In this document: one piece after another, positions 54,279-64,000 of the stretch
How positions within the stretch are numbered: position 1 is the stretch's first letter
Layout of the letters: each line of letters begins with the position of its first letter
Sequence record: SRR31156797_3690
Strand: one strand, 5' to 3'
Length of the DNA stretch: 64,000 bases
Translations under genes and position numbers: made by a program
Notes under the pieces: generated by a model
The model's database searches: none
What the model was told of the DNA's origin: nothing
The model's input: the letters and a program-made list of their open reading frames with translations, nothing else

Positions 54279-55763
54279 ATGAATTTTTTGAAACGAGGTC
54301 TCCAAAGTTTATGGGCGAAAAAAGGCCGGAGCCTGTTGCTGATCGCCGTATTTTCTGCAATCTTGATTTTTGTATTGGCGGGTCTGACGATTCGCAGTGC
54401 GGCACTAGTAGCGACTGAAAATGCCCAGAAAAGTGTTGGCGCAACTGTGACGTTGCAAGCAAACCGCGAGCAGGCTTTTCAGCAAAGGAGCTCTTCTTCT
54501 GACAGCGATGACCAAAGCACCCGACCAGATCCAGGGAGTTTTCAATCGACACCAGTAGCGATTACTGATGCCCAAGCGATCGCCGATTTAGACGGGGTTG
54601 CCTCATATAGTTTTGAAGTCAGCACCTCTGCTGATGCCGTCAGCGGGATCGAACCGATCTCCAGCAGTGACTCATCGACAGAGTCAGAAGCAACCGATAG
54701 CAGCGAGACGGGGCAAATGGACGGTATGCCAGGAGGAATGCCTGGCGGTAATATGAGTACGGGTGATTTCCAAATCACTGGTGTATCAAGCAGTGCGGCG
54801 TATACGACTTTTTCGGAAGGAACAGCGACGATCACGGATGGAGAAGGAATTACTTCTGAGGATGAAGGTACGAACCAAGTCCTGATCGAATCCTCACTAG
54901 CTGAAGCGAATGATTTGGCGGTCGGAGATACGTTTTCGATCACTGATGCAGAGGACAATGAAGTAGACGTGACGATCAAGGGAATCTATGAAACGAGTGA
55001 AGTTGGCAACAGCATGAGCCAAATGTTCAACTTTCTCAATCCAGCCAACACGATCTTTGCTTCTTATACCCTTGCCAATACGTTGAGCGGCAATGAGGAC
55101 ACCATTGACTCGGCAACCTATACCTTGAGTGATCCGTCTGAGATGACAGCATTCGTGGAAGAAGCGGAAGGGTTGATCGATACAGAAACCTACAGCATTC
55201 AAACCAACGATCAAATGTATCAGTCGATGCTGACACCATTGAATAATGTCGCTAGCTTTGCAAAAAATATTATTGTGTTAGTTGCTGCTGCCGGTATCAT
55301 TATTTTGACGTTGATCGTGATGATGTCGATTCGGGAACGTCGCTATGAGATTGGTGTATTGCTCTCTTTAGGCGAGTCACGGGCCAAAGTGATCTTACAG
55401 TTTTTCACAGAGATTTTTGTCTGTATGGTATTTGCTTTAGGGATCGCGGCCGCTAGCGGCAATCTTGTCGGGAATGCCGTCGGAGAGCAATTGTTGGCAC
55501 AACAAACAGAGACAACGACTGATCAAGCAGCCACTGAAAACGCTGGTCCTGGAGGCGGGGAGATGCCGCAAATGGGCGGAAATCGTGGTGGTTCTTTCCC
55601 ATCCTTCACCCAATCAGCAGAAGTGGAGTCCTTGGAGATCACCGTTTCCCCTCAACAAATTGGTTTATTGGCATTACTCGGTCTAGGGATCAGTTTTGGC
55701 TCGATCTTACTCTCTTCCGCGGGCATTTTGCGGTTGAATCCGAAAAAAATCTTGGTTTCTTAG
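54279..55763 (+). CDS. MacB/FtsX-family ABC transporter permease
   Basis: One N-terminal TM, large extracellular loop, IRERRYEIGVLLSLG, three C-terminal TMs. Confidence 0.85.
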   Translation: MNFLKRGLQSLWAKKGRSLLLIAVFSAILIFVLAGLTIRSAALVATENAQKSVGATVTLQANREQAFQQRSSSSDSDDQSTRPDPGSFQSTPVAITDAQAIADLDGVASYSFEVSTSADAVSGIEPISSSDSSTESEATDSSETGQMDGMPGGMPGGNMSTGDFQITGVSSSAAYTTFSEGTATITDGEGITSEDEGTNQVLIESSLAEANDLAVGDTFSITDAEDNEVDVTIKGIYETSEVGNSMSQMFNFLNPANTIFASYTLANTLSGNEDTIDSATYTLSDPSEMTAFVEEAEGLIDTETYSIQTNDQMYQSMLTPLNNVASFAKNIIVLVAAAGIIILTLIVMMSIRERRYEIGVLLSLGESRAKVILQFFTEIFVCMVFALGIAAASGNLVGNAVGEQLLAQQTETTTDQAATENAGPGGGEMPQMGGNRGGSFPSFTQSAEVESLEITVSPQQIGLLALLGLGISFGSILLSSAGILRLNPKKILVS

Positions 55764-55773
55764 GAGGAACGAC

Positions 55774-56439
55774 ATGACATTACGAACAGAACAATTAGGA
55801 TATTGGTATCAAAGCGAAGCAGAAGCGCTGTTTCGTGACGTTGATTTGACCTTTGAACCTGGCAAGATGTATGCGATCTTAGGTTCTAGCGGATCGGGGA
55901 AAACAACCTTCCTGTCGCTGATCACGGGCCTAGATACCCCGAAAGAAGGAAAGATCCTTTACAACGAAGAAACGTTAGCAAAAATCGGATTGCGAGAATA
56001 CCGCCGCAAAGATGTTTCCATCGTGTTCCAAGCGTATAATCTATTGCCTTATATGTCGGCACTGGACAATGTGATCACAGCCATGGCGATCGCGAAGTCG
56101 CAGCAAGCCGATAAAAAGGCCTATGCTTTAGCCAACTTAGCCAAAGTTGGTATCACGGAAGAACTGGCACTGAAAAAAGTGACCCAATTATCGGGTGGGC
56201 AACAGCAACGGGTCGCTATCGTTCGCGCGTTGTGCTGTGAACATGAACTGATCGTGGCTGATGAACCGACTGGAAACTTGGATGAAACGACATCTAAAGA
56301 AATCGTCAAACTATTTCAAGAAATTGCCCATGAGCAAAAAAAATGTATCATCTTAGTGACCCATGAACAAGAAGTAGCAAAGGCTTGCGATGTCGTTTAT
56401 GAGTTGAAGGAACGAGCATTTTCTAAAATTGAAAGGTGA
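55774..56439 (+). CDS. ABC transporter ATP-binding protein (LolD/MacB-like)
   Basis: GSSGSGKT, LSGGQQQR, ADEPTGNLD. Confidence 0.9.
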   Translation: MTLRTEQLGYWYQSEAEALFRDVDLTFEPGKMYAILGSSGSGKTTFLSLITGLDTPKEGKILYNEETLAKIGLREYRRKDVSIVFQAYNLLPYMSALDNVITAMAIAKSQQADKKAYALANLAKVGITEELALKKVTQLSGGQQQRVAIVRALCCEHELIVADEPTGNLDETTSKEIVKLFQEIAHEQKKCIILVTHEQEVAKACDVVYELKERAFSKIER

Positions 56440-56606
56440 GCTTTGCGTATGGTAACTGCTAGTTAGTGAGACAAAGATCGTCATTCTTATTCCCTCATTG
56501 AGCAAGACTGAAATGAAAATACCGCAAAGTCTGCTTGCATCTTCTAGGTGCTCCTCTTACAATAGAAGTAATTGTAAAAGAAGGAACTTTTGAGAGGAGC
56601 AAGCAG

Positions 56607-57059
56607 ATGCGGCTTTTTATTGACGGCGACGGTTCGCCGGTGAAAAATGAAGTGATTGAACTGGCTCAGCAGTATCAGCTGCCGGTAGTGATCGTGACCA
56701 GTGTCGATCATTATACGACCAAAGACTATCCCGCCCATGTCCACTTTGTCTATGTCGACAAAGGCTCGGATCGCGCGGATTATGAAATCGTGAAGGAGAT
56801 AGAACCCGGCGATTTTCTCGTCACCCAAGATTATGGCTTAGCCTCGTTAGTCTTGCCCAAAAAAGCACGAGTTTTTCACCATAACAGTACTGAGTATTTG
56901 CCAGAAACGATCGATTTTTTATTAGGTCAACGCTACTTAGGTGCGCAGATGCGTAAAGCAGGCAAGCGCACAAAAGGACCGAAGCCCTTTACGAAAGAGG
57001 ATCGGGAAGTCTTCAAACGAATCTTTGAAAACGAATTGCGACAGACCCTTGCAAAATAA
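56607..57059 (+). CDS. YaiI/YqxD (UPF0178) family protein
   Basis: FIDGDGSPVK, AD, TQDYGLA, GPKPF. Confidence 0.85.
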   Translation: MRLFIDGDGSPVKNEVIELAQQYQLPVVIVTSVDHYTTKDYPAHVHFVYVDKGSDRADYEIVKEIEPGDFLVTQDYGLASLVLPKKARVFHHNSTEYLPETIDFLLGQRYLGAQMRKAGKRTKGPKPFTKEDREVFKRIFENELRQTLAK

Positions 57060-57111
57060 GCACCCTCAAGACCCAGCTTCTGCATGAAACACGGGAATTG
57101 AAGGTGCTTAT

Positions 57112-58854
57112 TTATTTCTTACGAAAACGATCATAAAAGTATTTGCCGACTAAAGCTACGATCGCGAAAAATGCCAAGGTATATCCGAAGATCCCCATCT
57201 GATGGACGAAGGCTCCTTGTTGCGGGCTGGCGACCACCAATAAGGAAGAGCCAAGGATGACCGCAGCTAGAATAATACCGATCACCAGTCGATTGACCAT
57301 CTGATCAAAGCGATCCAATAGCTGTTTTTGTTCGCGGATCTCTAAATTTAACCGGTGTTTACCAGTGGCAAAAGTGTCTAAGACAGCCAAGGTTCGATCA
57401 GGAAGATGGCTAAGTGCCCGCAAGCTTTTTGCGGTTGCCAAGGCGCTTTTTTTCACCTCGTCTTCAATACTCAGCTGCTGTAAGAAATATTTTTGTGCAA
57501 AAGGCTGAGTGACTTCCATCATTGATAATTCGGGGTCTAAGGCTTTGATCACACCTTCCAAGGTGCCAAAAGCCTTAATCAGCAAGGTGATGTCTCGATG
57601 CATCTGCAGTTGGTTATCATGGCAGATCGTGATGACTTCCCCCATCACTTTTTGCAAGTCGATATCCTTTAGCGGCATATTATAGTAGTTTTCAACAAAT
57701 TTTTGAAGATCCTGATAGAAGGCGACTTCATCAAAGGAACTGCCGCTGCTGTTGCACAAACGCAAGACAGCTTTGCCGACTTCTTGGGTGTCTTGGGTAT
57801 ACAAAGCAATCAATGCATCAGCTAAGCGACTGCGTAATGACTGATCCAAGTGTCCCATCATCCCAAAATCTAAGAAAATCACTTGGTAAGGCGGCATAAT
57901 CGCTTCTTCTTGCCACTTCAATGAATAATCAACACCGCCGAGGACACCGACGCGCTGTTTGACTTGGAATGGTTTTGGTCGATTGGCTTGATCTGTGAAG
58001 ACATGTAAAAAAAGATTGCCAGGATGCGGATCAGCGTGAAAGAAGCCATCTTCAAAGACTTGCTTCATAAAGTTTTCGACTAATAGCGTTCCCACTTGTT
58101 TTTTCACTGCTTTCACGGACTGATTGTCATAAACGATATCTTGATTGCTGCGGGTCAGCAAGCAGTTCAAACTTTCACCGGCCATGTAATCCATGACTAA
58201 TACTTTTTGGGTGCACCATTCGGGATAAACTTTTGGCAATGCCAATTGCGGGTTTTGGTGATTGTTACGGTAGAATTCCTGCGCATTTTTCATCTCTTGC
58301 AAAAAATTTGTTTCATTGGCAAGGGATCGTCTGACTTCGCTTAACACGCTTTTTAAATCCACCACATTGGCTTCTGGAATTGCACGAACCAACGGTAGAG
58401 CCTTTTCAAAAAGATCGAGATCCACTTGAATCGCCGCAATGATTCCCGGATGCTGCACTTTGACGATCACTTCTTTGCCGCTGATCAAGTTTGCTCGGTG
58501 GGCTTGTCCGATGGAAGCTGAGGCGACTGGGATTTCATCAAAAGCGGAAAAAACTTCCGTTAGTGGCTGCTGTAGTTCTGCTTCCAGCAGTGCTTTGACC
58601 TTGGGAAATGGATCACTTTTGACATTGTCTTGTAACTGCTTGAAGGCATCAACGAAAGTGCTGGAAAGCAGGTCATTGCGGACCGAAAGCATCTGCCCGA
58701 TTTTGATAAATGTTGGTCCTAATTCTTCAAACGCTTGACGCACCATTTCGGGATGCTGCTGTTTGCTGATATTTTGAACGACTTTGTATTTCAAAAAGAC
58801 TTGAAGGATTTGTTTTAATCGTCCTTTTCTAGAAGGAGCAGTTTGTTCTGTCAT
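57112..58854 (-). CDS. AarF/UbiB/ABC1 atypical kinase family protein
   Basis: GPTFIKIGQ (KxGQ), ASASIGQ, VKVQHP, HADPHPGN, DFG; two C-terminal TMs. Confidence 0.88.
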   Translation of the reverse strand: MTEQTAPSRKGRLKQILQVFLKYKVVQNISKQQHPEMVRQAFEELGPTFIKIGQMLSVRNDLLSSTFVDAFKQLQDNVKSDPFPKVKALLEAELQQPLTEVFSAFDEIPVASASIGQAHRANLISGKEVIVKVQHPGIIAAIQVDLDLFEKALPLVRAIPEANVVDLKSVLSEVRRSLANETNFLQEMKNAQEFYRNNHQNPQLALPKVYPEWCTQKVLVMDYMAGESLNCLLTRSNQDIVYDNQSVKAVKKQVGTLLVENFMKQVFEDGFFHADPHPGNLFLHVFTDQANRPKPFQVKQRVGVLGGVDYSLKWQEEAIMPPYQVIFLDFGMMGHLDQSLRSRLADALIALYTQDTQEVGKAVLRLCNSSGSSFDEVAFYQDLQKFVENYYNMPLKDIDLQKVMGEVITICHDNQLQMHRDITLLIKAFGTLEGVIKALDPELSMMEVTQPFAQKYFLQQLSIEDEVKKSALATAKSLRALSHLPDRTLAVLDTFATGKHRLNLEIREQKQLLDRFDQMVNRLVIGIILAAVILGSSLLVVASPQQGAFVHQMGIFGYTLAFFAIVALVGKYFYDRFRKK

Positions 58855-59036
58855 AGGTCCCACCTCTTTAAACGTGCCGTGATATATTCATAGTACTGAC
58901 AAAATGAAAAACATTCAACTAACGACTGTGTAAGCTTAAAGAAATTTCTGCAAGATTTAATGCCGGTTGGTCGATTTTGTGCTAAAATGTGGAAGACTTA
59001 GTTTGGTAGAATCAATGAATACAGGAGGAAATTCTT

Positions 59037-60131
59037 TTGAAAATCATTTTATTATACGGGGGACGCAGTGCAGAGCATGAGGTATCACTGTTATCCGCTT
59101 TTTCAGTTGTTAATGCTGTATATTATAATTACTACCAAGTTCAATTAGTAATGATCACTAAAGAAGGACGCTGGTTAAAAGGCCCATTATTGTCTGAGGC
59201 GCCAACGTCACCAGATACTTTGGCATTGACCAACGAAGAGACCAAAGGGGAAGAAATTTCACCTGGGGCCATCTATGAAGAAGACGCGATCGTCTTTCCA
59301 TTGCTCCATGGACCAAACGGCGAAGACGGCACGATCCAAGGGTTTTTAGAAACCATCGGAATGCCTTATGTCGGAGCCGGTGTCTTGACTAGTGCCTGCG
59401 GGATGGACAAAATCATGACCAAGTACATCTTGCAAGCTGCGGGAATTCCGCAAGTTCCCTATGTACCAGTCTTGAAAAATGCGTGGAAAGAAAATCCGAA
59501 AAAGATTTTCGATCAATGTGAAGGCAGTCTGCTTTATCCGATGTTTGTCAAACCTGCCAACATGGGCTCAAGTGTCGGTATCTCGAAAGCCGAGAACCGT
59601 GAAGAACTGCAAAATGCGCTACAAGAAGCGTATCGCTATGATACCCGAGCGATCGTTGAACAAGGAATCGAAGCCCGTGAGATCGAAGTCGCTGTTCTTG
59701 GAAACGAAGACGTGCGGACCACCATGCCGGGAGAAATCGTAAAAGATGTTGCGTTTTATGATTACAATTCCAAATACATTGACAACCGAATCGAGATGCA
59801 GATTCCTGCACAAATTCCCGAAGAAACACAAGCCAAAGCCCAAGAGTTTGCGAAAAAAGCCTATACGATGTTGGGCGGCAGTGGGTTGAGCCGTTGTGAT
59901 TTCTTTTTGACCAATAAAAACGAGCTCTTTTTAAATGAGCTGAACACGATGCCGGGATTCACTGAATTCAGCATGTACCCATTGCTATGGGAAAAGACCG
60001 GATTGCCGTATGGTGATTTGATTGAAGAATTGATCCAATTAGGGATGAATCGTTTCAACCAAAGACGTTCTTTCTTGACGAATGTGGAAGAAGCAGAAGT
60101 TGAAGCAGAGAATGAAAAAGAAGCAGAATAA
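59037..60131 (+). CDS. ddl: D-alanine--D-alanine ligase
   Basis: GGRSAEHEVS, HGPNGEDG, GSSVG, FYDYNSKY omega loop, ELNTMPG; upstream of murF. Confidence 0.93.
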   Translation: MKIILLYGGRSAEHEVSLLSAFSVVNAVYYNYYQVQLVMITKEGRWLKGPLLSEAPTSPDTLALTNEETKGEEISPGAIYEEDAIVFPLLHGPNGEDGTIQGFLETIGMPYVGAGVLTSACGMDKIMTKYILQAAGIPQVPYVPVLKNAWKENPKKIFDQCEGSLLYPMFVKPANMGSSVGISKAENREELQNALQEAYRYDTRAIVEQGIEAREIEVAVLGNEDVRTTMPGEIVKDVAFYDYNSKYIDNRIEMQIPAQIPEETQAKAQEFAKKAYTMLGGSGLSRCDFFLTNKNELFLNELNTMPGFTEFSMYPLLWEKTGLPYGDLIEELIQLGMNRFNQRRSFLTNVEEAEVEAENEKEAE

Positions 60132-60217
60132 ATAGCAGGAAGAAAGCCAGCTCAACTCAAGGAAAATACTTGAAGCGATCTTGGGCTTTCTTTTTTTGTA
60201 AAAAAGGAGCGAAACTG

Positions 60218-61567
60218 ATGAATTTTACTGTAAAAGAAGCCGCTGCCGTATTTGGTCAGCCAATTGAAAATGAGACACCACTTGCCTCTGTGGAGTTTGA
60301 CAGCCGTCTAATCAAAGAAAACAGTCTTTTTGTTCCCTTGGCGGGGACTCGGGATGGACATGAATTTGCCCAACAAGCCAAAGACAATGGTGCGATCGCG
60401 ACATTGTGGAGTCATCCCACCATCCAACCACCGCAAGGCATCCTTGTGATCCCCGTCAAGGATACTGTCAAAGCGTTCCAACAGTTAGCACGAGCCTACA
60501 AAGAAAAACTTGCGCCAAAAATCATCGCTATTACCGGAAGTAATGGGAAAACAACCACAAAAGATATGGTAGACGCGGTTATGGCACAAAAATACCAGAC
60601 CTACAAAACTCAAGGTAACCATAACAATGAACTAGGCGTGCCTTTGACTATCTTGCATGCACCAGAAGATACGCAAGTGTTGATTTTAGAAATGGGAATG
60701 GACCATGCAGGAGAGATCGAAGTCCTTTCGCGCTTAGCAGAACCTGATGCTGCTGCTATCACGTTGATTGGCGAAGCCCACATTGAAAACTTAGGGTCCA
60801 GAGAAGGGATCGCCAAAGCCAAAATGGAGATCACCGCAGGATTGAAAAAAGACGGCTTCTTTATGATGCCGGCGGATGAACCATTGTTAGACCCCTTTGT
60901 TCCTAACTTGACGCAGCCCATTGAAACTTTTGGCTTAACAGAGGGAGATCTGCAAGGAGACATCGTAGAGGAATCGCAAGATCAAACGATTTTTACGGTA
61001 GCAGGTACGACTTTTACCTTACCGGTATTAGGCGGTTATAATGTCAAAAATGCCTTGATCGCGATTGGTTTAGGACGTCATTTTGGTGTATCAAATGAAG
61101 CCATCAAGGAGGGCTTGGCGCATTTTCAATTAACGAAAAATCGGACCCAATGGGTGACTGCCGGTAATGGAGCAGCGATTTTGAGCGATATTTACAATGC
61201 CAATCCGACTGCCATGGGTCTCGTATTGGATAGTTTCCGCAAATTGCCGTTAGAAGGACGACGGATCGCCGTATTGGCAGATATGCTTGAATTAGGACCA
61301 GATTCTGCACAAATGCACGAGCAGATGGCCGCACATTTAGATGACTCGTTCCAACTAGTTTTTCTTTATGGCAAAGAAATGCAAGCATTGCAAAAACGAC
61401 TAGCTCAGTCACCACTTGCTGACAAGGTGCGCTATTTTGCGACAGATGAAAAACCACAACTGATCGCCTCCTTAAAGGAAACTTTAGAACCTTCCGACAG
61501 CTTGGTAATCAAAGGGAGCAATGGCATGGGCTTGAGCGAAGTCGTTGATGCACTAAAAGGAATGTAA
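60218..61567 (+). CDS. murF: UDP-MurNAc-tripeptide--D-Ala-D-Ala ligase
   Basis: DSR, GSNGKTTTK, EMGM, YNANP, DMLELG, KGS. Confidence 0.93.
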   Translation: MNFTVKEAAAVFGQPIENETPLASVEFDSRLIKENSLFVPLAGTRDGHEFAQQAKDNGAIATLWSHPTIQPPQGILVIPVKDTVKAFQQLARAYKEKLAPKIIAITGSNGKTTTKDMVDAVMAQKYQTYKTQGNHNNELGVPLTILHAPEDTQVLILEMGMDHAGEIEVLSRLAEPDAAAITLIGEAHIENLGSREGIAKAKMEITAGLKKDGFFMMPADEPLLDPFVPNLTQPIETFGLTEGDLQGDIVEESQDQTIFTVAGTTFTLPVLGGYNVKNALIAIGLGRHFGVSNEAIKEGLAHFQLTKNRTQWVTAGNGAAILSDIYNANPTAMGLVLDSFRKLPLEGRRIAVLADMLELGPDSAQMHEQMAAHLDDSFQLVFLYGKEMQALQKRLAQSPLADKVRYFATDEKPQLIASLKETLEPSDSLVIKGSNGMGLSEVVDALKGM

Positions 61568-61857
61568 AGCGGAGTTGAAATCTTGCTGAAACTTTCAAAA
61601 CGTGTTATACTTATCTAACGCCGAAAGATGAAGCACAGAATGATTACTGTAAAAAACATTGACGTTTTGAGATAAAATGATGGCTGAGACAAACAACACT
61701 TGTTTTAGCCTTTTATAATGCCTTCGTGAAGCGGTTTTTCGGTACCGAGAGAAAGATAAGAGTAAATGGGACTACTCTTGTGTTTCTGAAGAACTAACCT
61801 ACGCTTCGATGATAGAAAAACAGGCATCGAAAAGATGACCAGCCTAGGAGGATCCAT

Positions 61858-63384
61858 TTGAAATTTAAAGATCTAGAATTATCCAACGAATTATTGACTT
61901 CTGTTGAGCGTGCCGGCTTTGAAGAAGCAACACCCATCCAAGAAGCAACGATTCCATTAGCCTTAGCAGGCAAAGACGTGATCGGTCAAGCACAGACCGG
62001 TACTGGTAAAACCGCCGCATTTGGTTTGCCAATGTTAGAAAAAATCGACCCAGCGAACCATCAACTACAAGGATTAGTGATTGCCCCAACCCGTGAATTA
62101 GCGATCCAAACCCAAGAAGAATTGTATCGTCTTGGTAAAGACAAAAAAATTCGCGTTCAAGCAGTTTACGGTGGAGCCGATATCGGCCGTCAAATCCGTC
62201 AATTAAAAGATCGTCCCCATATCGTAGTTGGTACGCCAGGACGTATGTTAGACCATATCAACCGCCACACCTTAAAATTAGGTACGGTTGAAACGCTTGT
62301 ATTAGATGAAGCAGACGAAATGTTGAACATGGGCTTCTTGGAAGATATTGAAAAAATCATCAGCCAAGTGCCAGATGTTCGTCAAACGTTACTATTTTCA
62401 GCAACAATGCCGCCAGCAATCAAAAATATCGGCGTGAAATTCATGAAAGAGCCTGAACATGTTCAAATCAAAGCCAAAGAAATGACCGCTGATTTGATTG
62501 ATCAATACTATGTTCGCTCAAAAGATTACGAAAAATTCGATGTCATGACTCGTTTGTTGGATGTGCAATCACCAGAATTGACGATCGTTTTCGGTCGTAC
62601 GAAACGTCGTGTTGATGAATTGGCACGTGGTTTAGAAGCCCGTGGCTACAAAGCTGAAGGCATTCATGGGGACCTTTCTCAACAAAAACGGATGAGCGTT
62701 TTACGTTCATTTAAGAGTGGTCAATTAGATATCTTAGTTGCCACAGACGTAGCAGCTCGCGGATTAGATATTTCTGGTGTTACACACGTTTACAACTACG
62801 ATATCCCTCAAGATCCTGAAAGCTATGTTCACCGGATCGGACGTACAGGTCGTGCCGGAAAAGGCGGAATGTCAGTGACTTTCGTTACACCAAACGAAAT
62901 GAGCTACTTGCATGTCATTGAAAACTTAACGAAAAAACGGATGACACCAATGCGCCCACCAACCGAAAAAGAAGCTTTTAAAGGTCAATTAGGTGCCGCA
63001 ATCGAATCTGTTGAAACAAAATTGGATGAAAATGGTTTGGATAAATACTTGCAAGCAGCCGACGATCTTTTGGAACGTTATTCTGCACAAGATTTAGCAG
63101 CACTGCTTCTAAAAACAATGGCGAAAGATCCAGCTGATTTAGAACCAGTCAAAATCACACCAGAACGCCCATTACCTCAAGGAAAAAAATCATTCAATAA
63201 AAACGGACGTCGCAGCAATAACAGCAATGGCGGCAATCGTAACCGCAAAGAAAACGGTGGGAACCGTAGCGGCGGCAACGGCAATAAAGCCCGTGGTAAC
63301 TATTCAAAAGATGGTGCCCGTAAAAACAATCGCCGTAGCAACGACAAAAAACGCGGTTTCGTTATCAGAAATAACCAAGACTAA
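61858..63384 (+). CDS. cshA: DEAD-box RNA helicase CshA
   Basis: Q motif, [26 protein letters not shown]; basic tail; ddl-murF-cshA-acpS synteny. Confidence 0.92.
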   Translation: MKFKDLELSNELLTSVERAGFEEATPIQEATIPLALAGKDVIGQAQTGTGKTAAFGLPMLEKIDPANHQLQGLVIAPTRELAIQTQEELYRLGKDKKIRVQAVYGGADIGRQIRQLKDRPHIVVGTPGRMLDHINRHTLKLGTVETLVLDEADEMLNMGFLEDIEKIISQVPDVRQTLLFSATMPPAIKNIGVKFMKEPEHVQIKAKEMTADLIDQYYVRSKDYEKFDVMTRLLDVQSPELTIVFGRTKRRVDELARGLEARGYKAEGIHGDLSQQKRMSVLRSFKSGQLDILVATDVAARGLDISGVTHVYNYDIPQDPESYVHRIGRTGRAGKGGMSVTFVTPNEMSYLHVIENLTKKRMTPMRPPTEKEAFKGQLGAAIESVETKLDENGLDKYLQAADDLLERYSAQDLAALLLKTMAKDPADLEPVKITPERPLPQGKKSFNKNGRRSNNSNGGNRNRKENGGNRSGGNGNKARGNYSKDGARKNNRRSNDKKRGFVIRNNQD

Positions 63385-63395
63385 TTGAGTTTGTG

Positions 63396-63428
63396 GACCT
63401 TGTAAGGAAACTTGCAAGGTCTTTTTTA
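63396..63428 (+). terminator. Intrinsic terminator after cshA
   Basis: GACCTTGTAAG-GAAA-CTTGCAAGGTC plus T-tract. Confidence 0.85.
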
Positions 63429-63586
63429 TATAAAAAACAAATACGAGCAAATGAAAATCTTAATCTCCGTATAAACTCGTCAGATTTGAATGGTAATTCG
63501 CCATTTTTTTGGTAGAATGGTAACTAGCTAAACAAGGGCCAATTCCAATTTGGAAACCCCTATCTTAAGTAAAGGTAGCGAGAAGA

Positions 63587-63952
63587 ATGATTAAAGGAAT
63601 CGGGATCGATGCAGTCGAGCTGCCTCGAATGAAAGAATTAATTGAAAAAAAACCTCAGTTTATAACGCGTATTTTAACAGAGAAGGAAGCAAAATTATTT
63701 GCCCGTTTGCCCCTGAAACGTCAGGTAGAGTTCCTCGGGGGGCGCTATGCCTGCAAAGAAGCGTTCTCCAAAGCTTGGGGGACGGGGATCGGCAAAGTTT
63801 CTTTTCATGATATTGAAGTCTTGACCAATGAATTCGGTGCACCGATCGTTACCAAAGCACCGCACCCTTTAGAAAAAACGTTTGTCAGTATCACCCATAC
63901 AAATGATACTGCCTTTGCACAAATTATCTTAGAAGTATCGGATAGTGAGTAA
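63587..63952 (+). CDS. acpS: Holo-ACP synthase
   Basis: GIGID, GRYACKEAFSKA, SITH. Confidence 0.95.
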   Translation: MIKGIGIDAVELPRMKELIEKKPQFITRILTEKEAKLFARLPLKRQVEFLGGRYACKEAFSKAWGTGIGKVSFHDIEVLTNEFGAPIVTKAPHPLEKTFVSITHTNDTAFAQIILEVSDSE

Positions 63953-64000
63953 CCTGAGTGGAAGTCGTCACTTGGTGAAAAAACTACGATACTTTATGGA

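Noticed and set aside
59037-60131. Van-type resistance ligase
   Set aside because: Omega loop YNSKY and ddl-murF context indicate housekeeping Ddl; no vanXY, vanT or vanRS adjacent

Overview
A 64-kb chromosomal segment of an Enterococcus, most consistent with the E. casseliflavus/gallinarum group from gene content and moderate GC (inference, not a database match). It is mostly core genome: pepO, a prs paralog, the maltose locus (malR, malP, malT, mapP), a second alpha-glucoside PTS/GH4 operon, murT-gatD, a Ktr/TrkH channel, msrA, tdk-prfA-prmC-sua5-glyA-upp, rodA, a Met T-box with metNIQ, rplY, rsuA, udk, and ddl-murF-cshA-acpS. The most notable items are: (1) a CiaRH-like two-component system with three promoters of CiaR-box geometry, driving itself, an operon of a VTC (polyphosphate polymerase-like) domain protein, a DUF4956-type membrane protein and a beta-helix lipoprotein, and a MacB-like ABC transporter; (2) a dense DnaA-box cluster at the prmC/sua5 junction, away from any dnaA gene; (3) a roughly 180-nt structured ncRNA candidate downstream of udk; (4) an AT-rich sugar-catabolism island next to tRNA-Thr(CGT) with an unusual enzyme set and a degenerate tRNA-like remnant at its far end. 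No CRISPR array, rRNA, transposase or integrase was seen. Family assignments come from motif recognition, not database searches.
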